Assembly (NCBI GenBank): GCA_965203805.1
Contig: OZ241917.1
Coordinates: 3,904,001 to 3,968,000, forward strand
Origin: Candidatus Latescibacterota bacterium
GTDB taxonomy: Bacteria; Latescibacterota; UBA2968; GCA-2709665
Reading direction: 5' to 3'
DNA: 64,000 nt
In this document: piece by piece, positions 51,546-59,552 of the stretch
How the letters are laid out: the number at the start of each line of letters is the position of its first letter
How positions within the stretch are numbered: position 1 is the stretch's first letter
Notes under the pieces: generated by a model
The model's input: the letters and a program-made list of their open reading frames with translations, nothing else
Database searches by the model: none
Told to the model about the DNA's origin: nothing
Position numbers and translations under genes: made by a program

Positions 51546-54500
51546 ATGAGATTTCTACTTGAACGCCTACGAACGATTCGACCTGCTCTGGTCACGTTTT
51601 TCGTCGGTATATCCGCGGTTATTTGCTCCATTGGCGACGTCGATGGAGAAACTCGCCGGCAGTCGATTTCCGTCACCAGCGATGGACAAACGGCCTGGGC
51701 CGTCTGGCTGGAAACCGGACCGGTCGCCGTTTCGGAGATCTGGGTCGCGACCGAAGGAGGCGCGCCACGTCGTCTGGGCATCTTTCCCGGTCTTCCGGGA
51801 AGCCTGGCGTGGGTACCGGAAGGGGACCGGCTTCAGTACCGCGAAACGACCCTTAATGTCGCGTTGTACAGTCTTTCAATCGCACCGAAGCGATCCGTCC
51901 CCCTGGTGTCGCCAGGAGCCTGGGAGATCTCGATCCGTAATGGATCCATCCGGCGTCTGGCGGGAATGGAAATTGATAAAACCGGAACGCCTTCGGATGC
52001 GAGGGTTGCGGGACCACCTCCCCCGAGCAAAGGCGCGGAATCAGTTCTGGCGGGCGTTGCGGCAGCATTCAAGGCCACGGCCCTGGCGTACAGCACCCTG
52101 CATCGATGAAATTTCGAAGAGGCAGAGGAACGGTACCGAAAGGCCGCGAAGTCCTGGGAGGCTCTTTCCGGGAGATTCAGCAAACACGGCCTGTATGAAG
52201 AGCCAGTGTCGGCCTACGTTAAAGCGCTTGGCGCAATGGCCGCGAAGGCCAGAGAACCGTCCGGCGCACGATGGGTCTGCCGGGACCATTTAACCGTTAT
52301 CGGAGACCTCCTGCAGGCCCACGAGCAGGGCCACGACGGCCGGCGGCCGGCGGATCTGGGCGCGCTGAGGGCGTGGGTTGAATCCCATACGTTGACGCGC
52401 GCTGACTCGATCGTCATGAAGACCCTGTTTCGATCACCGGCCGACCCCGAGGAAGACCGTCTGATCAGCTACACCCACGGATACCGCCGGGAAGCCGCCG
52501 CCGGAGAAGCCGCGCTCACGAGTTTCTTTCATGGCGGTCACCTGGTCGAATCCGTCCGCAGCGACACGGGCTACCAAACGATTGACCGGCGGGTGGGCCG
52601 GACGCAGATAGATTCGCTCTTGACCCTTGGGGTCGAATTCACCCAAAGAGATCCTCTGAGGGCCATTTCCACACTGGAGATTCTGGCCGGCGTGGCGCCG
52701 GACTTCGCCATCGGCCACAGCAAGCTTGGCTTCGCCTATCTTGAAGTCGGGAACCTGGTTCGCGCCATCCACGCGTTCGAAGGCGCGATCAAAGCCGACC
52801 ACACGCTCGCTGAGGCCTATTACGGACTGGGTCTTACCTTCCGAAGGTGGCCCAGGGGTTCCTACGACGCCATTCGCTACCTCCAGAAAGCCCTTCAGTA
52901 TAAGCGGGACTATGTCGAAGCCCGATACAATATCGCCGAGATCCGGCACAAACTGGAAGAACACGACGCCCGTCTCGACCTGGAAAAGGTGATGGCAATA
53001 GATCCCAGGTACGCCCCGGCCTACCTGCTGATGGGAAGATGGTATGAAGAATTCGAGAAGGACTTTGAAAACGCCGCGCTCTATTACGCCCAATATATCA
53101 GCCTGGCGCCCGAGGATCCCGAGGGCAGGAAGCGCCTTGCCGCGGTCTACCTGGAAACCCGCAACTTCGCGCGTATCGCCGAAATGTTGCAGGAATACGC
53201 ACTGGAACATCCCGACGACGTCCAGATCCTGCCGATTCTCGCGCAGGCCTGTGTCAGGTTGGAGGCCTTCGACAGGGCGGAAGCCTTTTTCAGGGATTTC
53301 CTTGAGTCGGCTGATTCTGCCGAGCGGACGCACTATGAGGATATCCGCCTGGTCGCCTCGTCGGAGACGATGGCGGCTTTTGAGCGGACACCCCGGTCGG
53401 ACAGAGGGGCATTTCTGGATTCGTTCTGGTCCGATCGAGACCCGGATCTGACCACGGCCGCTAATGAACGCCGGCTGGAGCACTACCGGCGGGTGTGGTA
53501 CGCGATTCAGAATTTCTCGGAAGGCAAGCAGCCGTGGGACCAGCGCGGGGAAGTCTACATCCGGTTCGGCGAGCCGGACCACCGGTCGCGATCCGACAAC
53601 CGGAACTTCCAGCAATCTCTGGCGGTCCAGCGGATTAAGGAGCGCCTTTCCGCAGCGCTTTACGGGGCGGCTGTATCCCCGCACATGTTTCTCAAGTCCG
53701 ATACCGATCTGGATGGAATTGGCAACGTCCGGGGCGACGTACCGATTCAGACTTCGGGCCCCGGTGCAACGTACGCCGGGCCGGTCTATCCTGTGCGAAG
53801 CCACAGTGCGGTGAGCGTGGGTGAGTCTCCGGGGTTCAGTGCGGAATATCAGGGTGATGGCATCAAAAGGAAACAAGCTGCCCGGATGGGGATTGACCGT
53901 ACGGAGCAGGAAGAACAGATACTCGGCGCCGGCAGGGGCAGCGGCAGGCCGGTTAACTTCAAACCCGTGACCAGCGCGGAGGATGCCTCCATCGTCCCCT
54001 GGGAGACATGGGTTTACGTGAACGTGGGCGGGGGTATCGAGATCACTTTTACCGATGAATTCCACAACGGCATCTACAACTACGCGCCCGCGCCGCTTGA
54101 CGCACGCATACCCAGCCGGCAGCAGGCCATGCTGACCCGCTACAACCCCCATAACGTATACCGGATGGCTGCCGCGGCAACCCCCGATTACTACGTGACG
54201 CCGGAAAACGAGGATCCAATGGAGTTCTACTTCGACTCGGCCGATTTCAGAAGCTACCAGGGTTACGATTCGGCCCTCGAAGTCTACGCGGGGATCCCGC
54301 GTCACGAGGGTCAATACCTGGACGCCGACGACCGCACGGAGATCGAAGCCGACCGGACAGTCGCCCTTCGCAATCGGACGACCGGAGCGGTTTACAGGAG
54401 CCGGGAACGGATACGCTTTGCGGCCAGAGGCGACCTGACCGCCGAAGGAAGCGCGTTCGTCCCGGACGTCGCTCGAATGGACGTGCCGGCCGGGCTCTAT

Positions 54501-55034
54501 CGAATGGAAGTCAAGATGAAAGACCGACTGTCCCCGCGGCACGCGCGTTACCGGCAGGACGTTGAAGTCGAATCCTACGGCAGCACGGGCCTTCAGGTGA
54601 GCGACCTGGAGATGGCCTGGCGGATTTCCCGGAGTAAGAGCGAGGACAAATTCAGCAAGGGCAGGCTTTGGGTCATTCCAATGCCCACGCGGACGTATGA
54701 AAAGGGCCAGAGCGTCTTCGTGTATTACGAGATCTATAATCTGACCCGGGATAAATTCGGGCAGACGAACTACGAGGTCTCCTACACGGTCACCTCAGAC
54801 GACAATCCGGTCGCAGTGGGCATCATTTCCAGCCTAACCCGGTGGAGGAAAGGCAAACGCGAAGAACTCTCGGTCACGTACGAGCAGCAGGGTACGTCTG
54901 CCCGGGAAGCGGAATTCGTGGAACTCGAGCTGGAAAACCGCCCGGCGGACAAATACCTATTGAAAGTAGCGGTCAGAGATGTCAACAGCGGCGAAACCGC
55001 CGAGAAGGACGCCGGGTTCGTCATCGCGGAATAG
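51546..55034 (+). pseudogene. Large GWxTD-like protein (third of its subfamily) interrupted by an in-frame TGA at 52107-52109
   Basis: ORFs 51546-52109 and 52206-55034 share one frame. The 32 intervening codons are open (NFEEAEERYRKAAKSW..) and align with the paralogs. PWDQRGEVYIRFGEPD core. Confidence 0.8.
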
Positions 55035-55039
55035 GATTG
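54971..55039 (+). repeat. 69-bp direct repeat, left copy (3' end of the GWxTD gene)
   Basis: Matches 56436-56504 with 4 mismatches by my count. Confidence 0.9.
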
Positions 55040-55113
55040 ACGGCGTTACGTGCGGGTCAATGGAAATTTCGTTTTAATCGGTTCAATACGAGGAGCGCCA
55101 GCAACAGACGATA

Positions 55114-55230
55114 CCTTGAGCTTGTCGAGGGATAGCGAAGGCGGGCATTTCGACACCCTTCGACAAGCTCACGGACCGAGCTCAATGCAGGCATGCTTAC
55201 TTCGGCAAGCTTGCTTCGACAGGCTCAGCA
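55114..55230. repeat. REP-like palindromic cluster
   Basis: TGAGCTTGTCGAGGG...CCCTTCGACAAGCTCA...CTTCGGCAAGCT..CTTCGACAGGCTCAG. Confidence 0.75.
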
Positions 55231-55297
55231 CCGGCAGTGCAAGCAGCACAGGCAATGACTACGCGCAGAAATATTAACATCGACAGAAAAACACCAA

Positions 55298-56395
55298 ATG
55301 ACCGGTAGAATCCTATCCGCGCTAATCATTGTCTGGAACATGACAGGCTGCGGCAGAGACGTGCCGACTTCTTCGGAGATTGGCACAGAACTGAAGGGGT
55401 TCAAGTTGGCGGGACGCATGAACTTTCAGCGTTTCTGGCCGGCGTCAGTTTTGCTTCAGGACGGAAGGATTCTGATCACCGGTGGTTCCCGGACGGACCG
55501 GCCCTACCATTCGTCGCGCGCGTTCCGTCATGCCTCAGCGGAGCTGTTTGATCCTGATACCGGAACGTCGACTGTAACGGGAAACATGTCGGTCAGTCGT
55601 TTCAGAGACCGTGCGATGTTGCTTCCGGACGGTCGGGTCCTCATTAAAGGTACCCCTTTTGATCCACCAGAAGTCTACGATCCACGGTCAGGAAGTTTTA
55701 TCGCGATGGAGGACAGGCCCGAACTGACAAGGGATGCAACGATTACGGCGCTTCCCACTGGTGATTTGCTAACGACGGACACACAAGGAAATGTGAGCCG
55801 CTTCGATCCCGATTCCTGGCAGTTCGAATTTCTGACGAAAATGGACGTTCCCCGCTCTGACCATTCCGCCACTTTGTTGCGGGACGGTCGAGTTCTGATC
55901 GTCGGTGGCGCCAATGCCACCGGCGCCCTCAAAAGAGCAGATTTCTACGACCCGTCGTCAAATACTCTTGTCCGGGTTGGCGATCTGCGGCACGAACGAT
56001 GGGGACACTGGGCTGTACTGCTTCCTGATGGCACGGTGTTGATTCTTGGCGGAGAGACAGGCAACGTAGATGATCCCGAGGACGAAACCGCCGCGGAGCG
56101 GTTTGACCCGGCTACGGAGTCGTTCACGCCAGCGGGAGGTCCACGCATCGCCCCACTACATGCAGTTGCCCTGTTGCCCACGGGTATTGTGTTTCTGATG
56201 GGCGGCATAAATGGCCATGTGATTCTCTACGATTCGAGTACCGATAGTTATCATCGCAACGGAGACAATGTCGGATATGAACGCATGTGGTATTCGGTGA
56301 CGGCCCTTCGGGATGCCCGTGTGCTCGTTTTCGGAGGGATGATCAACGGCGTATCCACAGATCAAGTCCTGGTGTACAGACCTCAGTCGTTGTAG
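55298..56395 (+). CDS. Kelch-repeat beta-propeller lipoprotein
   Basis: MTGC lipobox-like; repeated LL.DGRVLI.GG...AE.FDP units. Confidence 0.88.
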   Translation: MTGRILSALIIVWNMTGCGRDVPTSSEIGTELKGFKLAGRMNFQRFWPASVLLQDGRILITGGSRTDRPYHSSRAFRHASAELFDPDTGTSTVTGNMSVSRFRDRAMLLPDGRVLIKGTPFDPPEVYDPRSGSFIAMEDRPELTRDATITALPTGDLLTTDTQGNVSRFDPDSWQFEFLTKMDVPRSDHSATLLRDGRVLIVGGANATGALKRADFYDPSSNTLVRVGDLRHERWGHWAVLLPDGTVLILGGETGNVDDPEDETAAERFDPATESFTPAGGPRIAPLHAVALLPTGIVFLMGGINGHVILYDSSTDSYHRNGDNVGYERMWYSVTALRDARVLVFGGMINGVSTDQVLVYRPQSL

Positions 56396-56435
56396 CGACG
56401 GCGCCCGGTCACCTGACGAATAGAGATTCATGTAA

Positions 56436-56504
56436 GGTCAAGGATGTCATCAGCGGCGAAACCGCCGAGAAGGAAGCCGGGTTCGTCATCGCGGAATAGG
56501 ATTG
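56436..56504 (+). repeat. 69-bp direct repeat, right copy (orphan GWxTD 3' end, VKDVISGETAEKEAGFVIAE*)
   Basis: See 54971-55039. Confidence 0.9.
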
Positions 56505-56553
56505 GCAGACAAAACCCGTCGCGCGTTCGATCGGTCGGAAGGGAACAGTGACG

Positions 56554-58965
56554 ATGTTACGCAACTACATGACACTTGCTTTCAGAAGCATGTTCAAGAG
56601 CAAACTGGTTTCGTTGATCAATCTCGGAGGACTGTCCGTCGCGCTCGCATTCGGAATGCTTGCCGTTGTATTTGCATATAGTGAGTTGACCTACGATCAC
56701 TTTCATGTCAATGCAGAGCGCATCTATAGAATCAACCAGAAATTCGGCGATCGAAGCATGAGCCGGACAGCGTGGCCTCTCGGGCCCGCCACTGCGCATG
56801 AATTGCCGGATGTCACGGTGGTGCGGATTTTCAAGCGCAGCGGTTCTGTCGCGTTCGGGGAGAAATCGTTGAGGTTTCGGGTGAGTTACGTTGATCCCTC
56901 ATTTCTGGACGTCTTTTCGTTTCCGATGGTCTTGGGAGATGCGTCAACCGCGCTTCGCGACGTGCGTTCAATTGTGATCACCGAGAAGGTGGCGAGAAGA
57001 CTGTTTCCGGGCACAAACCCGGTAGGCGAGGTCATCACCATAGACAAGGGAAAGGCCTATACGGTCACCGGGGTGCTGTCAAGACTACCGGAAAACTCCA
57101 GTCTTGTGTTCGATTGTCTGATACCCTCCGATGCCGCGGATGAGTTACTGAATTCATGGGTGTCTGTAAACGTCCGTGTTGTTGCGAAGGAAGGGTCACC
57201 CTCCGATGCCGCACGTGAAACGCCAAATTTCGGTTTGTGGATGGTTCCCGTCGCCACGACCTTTGTCTTCATACCCGACCATATGGAGCCTCGAAATGTC
57301 GAGGAAAGGCTGCCCGATATCGTGCGGAGAGCGCAGGGGCTGCTGGCAACCATTCCGATAAGCATGTCGCTGCAACCTCTTAAGGAAATGCGTTTCGATC
57401 GGCACGCTTTCGGCGTTGAACGAGCAATCAATCCGGTGTACATCTACGTCTTTCTCGGAATCGCGCTCGTTGTGATTACGATTTCGAGCGTCAACTATGC
57501 TGCACTGGCCATTGGCCGCGGGTTATCTCGCGCTAAAGAAGCGGGCGTTCGCCGGCTTTTCGGCGCCGGAAAGCCTCAGTTTATCTCTCAGTTCCTCATG
57601 GAATCGATTTTGATGGCGCTGATGGCCCTTGTTGTCGGCCTTGGCTTTGTGAGTGCGATCCTGCCGCACTTCAATTCCCTTGTCGGGGCCAAAATCAGCA
57701 TGTCCGGGCAGTTGAGCGTTACAACGTTGTTGTTTGTGCTTCTTCTCACCATGGCGGTTGGCATAGGGGCTGGCCTTTATCCTGCCCTGGCGTTATCGCG
57801 CCTGCAGCCGGCCGACGTCCTCTATGCCCGTCCCAAGAGCGTGAATCCCGGTTTTCTCATGCGCATGCTACTCGTTATCCAGTTGGCAATGTCAATGATC
57901 ATGATGATGGGTGCCCTTGGGATGTCGGCCCAGCTCAATCTCCTTGTTAACAAAAACCCCGGATTCCGCACTGATGGCGTCATTGCTGTCAGAACCGGGG
58001 GATTGCGAGAATCTTCGCCGGGCCTGGTGGATGTATATGCGCGGAAAATAGGATCATATCCGAACATCATCGGGGTTGCCCGGGGACAACATCCACTCAG
58101 CAATCGAAAATCAATCGGCGGCTTTGCCGAAGCTGAGGGCAGGAAAGTCCATGGCGTGGAGACGATCGCTGTGGACTATGGTTTCTTGAAGACACTTGAG
58201 TTTCCGATGTTGGAGGGCAGGGATTTTTCCAGGTTGCTATCGACCGACCGCAACGCCGTCATTATCAATCAGGCCCTCATGAAACAGCTTGGATGGCAAA
58301 GCGCTGTAAACCGGGTCGTCGACTGGAACGGCAACGGAGACGCGCCAATCATCGGCGTGGTCAGAGACTTCCACTTCAAGTCCTTCCACCAGCAGGTGGC
58401 GCCCGCGGTTATCTTCCTGAAACCTGAGTTCTGCGACCTTTTGTTTGTCGTGCCGACGTCCGGCGAGAACGGGGACATACTTGATATTCTACGCGAGGAA
58501 TGGCATGAAATCGCGCCGTCTCAGCCCTTTCGGGCAGGGTTTCTCGAAGATGAACTGAGGGACCAGTACAAGAAGGATGAAAAATGGCTGAATGCCATTC
58601 GACTCCCCGCAATTCTCGCATTGGGTCTTGCGTGCCTCGGCGCCTTTGGTCTGACCTCTTTCTCCGTCGCCCGGAGGACAAAGGAAATTGGAATCCGAAA
58701 GGTGTTCGGCACGTCTATTTCCCGTCTGATGGCGCGGCTTTCGATTGACTTCACGAAGATCGTCATCCTGGCTGCCATCGGCGCCGGGCCTGTCGCGTAC
58801 TTCGCCCTGAGGGAGTGGCTTCAGAGTTTTGTCTATAGAATCGACCTGATCGCACCCATCCTCGCGGGCGGCGTGTTGGCGTCTGCTTTCGTGATGCTCG
58901 CGGTCAGCTGCAAGACCTATGTGGCCGCAACGCTGAATCCGGCCGACACGCTCAGAGACGAGTGA
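56554..58965 (+). CDS. MacB/FtsX-type duplicated ABC permease (no cognate ATPase in the window)
   Basis: LRNYMTLAFR..INLGGL, RAKEAGVRR.FGA, LACLGAFGL....RRTKEIGIRKVFG, terminal NPADTLRDE. Confidence 0.9.
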   Translation: MLRNYMTLAFRSMFKSKLVSLINLGGLSVALAFGMLAVVFAYSELTYDHFHVNAERIYRINQKFGDRSMSRTAWPLGPATAHELPDVTVVRIFKRSGSVAFGEKSLRFRVSYVDPSFLDVFSFPMVLGDASTALRDVRSIVITEKVARRLFPGTNPVGEVITIDKGKAYTVTGVLSRLPENSSLVFDCLIPSDAADELLNSWVSVNVRVVAKEGSPSDAARETPNFGLWMVPVATTFVFIPDHMEPRNVEERLPDIVRRAQGLLATIPISMSLQPLKEMRFDRHAFGVERAINPVYIYVFLGIALVVITISSVNYAALAIGRGLSRAKEAGVRRLFGAGKPQFISQFLMESILMALMALVVGLGFVSAILPHFNSLVGAKISMSGQLSVTTLLFVLLLTMAVGIGAGLYPALALSRLQPADVLYARPKSVNPGFLMRMLLVIQLAMSMIMMMGALGMSAQLNLLVNKNPGFRTDGVIAVRTGGLRESSPGLVDVYARKIGSYPNIIGVARGQHPLSNRKSIGGFAEAEGRKVHGVETIAVDYGFLKTLEFPMLEGRDFSRLLSTDRNAVIINQALMKQLGWQSAVNRVVDWNGNGDAPIIGVVRDFHFKSFHQQVAPAVIFLKPEFCDLLFVVPTSGENGDILDILREEWHEIAPSQPFRAGFLEDELRDQYKKDEKWLNAIRLPAILALGLACLGAFGLTSFSVARRTKEIGIRKVFGTSISRLMARLSIDFTKIVILAAIGAGPVAYFALREWLQSFVYRIDLIAPILAGGVLASAFVMLAVSCKTYVAATLNPADTLRDE

Positions 58966-59155
58966 GAGGATTTCACCGAATCCTGTCCGTTCGGATAGCG
59001 ACAACCTGTTCTTGTGCCGCTTCGCATTCATCATCACTACGAAACGATCGGTAGATAAGCCAGGTGGCCGCGCCTGATGCGTTGGTCCGTGCGACTGAAT
59101 AGAAAGGAGACGGCGCAGCCCCGGTTACCCAAAATTCATTGTCCAGGCGTGAAAA

Positions 59156-59189
59156 GAGTCCGGAAGACGCGGTTTCCGGGCTTTTTTTT
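59156..59189 (+). terminator. Intrinsic terminator
   Basis: GAGTCCGGAA-loop-TTCCGGGC followed by T8; homologous to 22279-22311. Confidence 0.7.
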
Positions 59190-59215
59190 GAACCCATGGC
59201 GCCAGGCCGGTGTCT
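59189..59215 (+). promoter_or_regulatory. Putative ECF-sigma promoter TGAACC-N17-GTCT
   Basis: Second copy of the motif at 22324-22350. Confidence 0.45.
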
Positions 59216-59304
59216 TTTAGGTAGGACGGGTACGGCGGAAATTAGTCTCAGTTATTAAAGGGAGCACTCTACAAATTACATTATTACACACCATTGGCCT
59301 GGCA

Positions 59305-59428
59305 CCCTGAGCCGCTTCCTGAGAATGCGGTGCCCTGAGCTTGTCGAAGCGTCGGCGAAGGGTCATAGAGGCATCGAAACGTGAGCGCTTCGACAAGCTG
59401 GTGGATCGCTGAGGTACTCGACAAAGCT
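59305..59428. repeat. REP-like palindromic cluster, nested
   Basis: CCCTGAGCCG..CCTGAG..CCCTGAGCTTGTCGAAGC..CGGCGAAGGG...CTTCGACAAGCT. Confidence 0.75.
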
Positions 59429-59552
59429 GTAGTATGACAAATGGCCATTCCTCGGATGGACGATTCGGGAGAATACGAAGCGGCTGATACCGCAATGGTT
59501 TGACGAAATCCGTCGCTATGGCACCTCGATACATCTTCGGAGGGTCAGGGTT

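Noticed and set aside
52107-52109. TGA reassignment (alternative genetic code) or selenocysteine
   Set aside because: TGA terminates many genes here at paralog-matched ends and in ATGA overlaps, and the aligned residue is Gly/Ala, not Cys.
52434-54542. 702-aa minus-strand ORF (and other long antisense ORFs such as 47951-48964 and 50341-51375)
   Set aside because: They lie opposite well-supported GC-rich genes and have no recognisable motifs; typical shadow ORFs.
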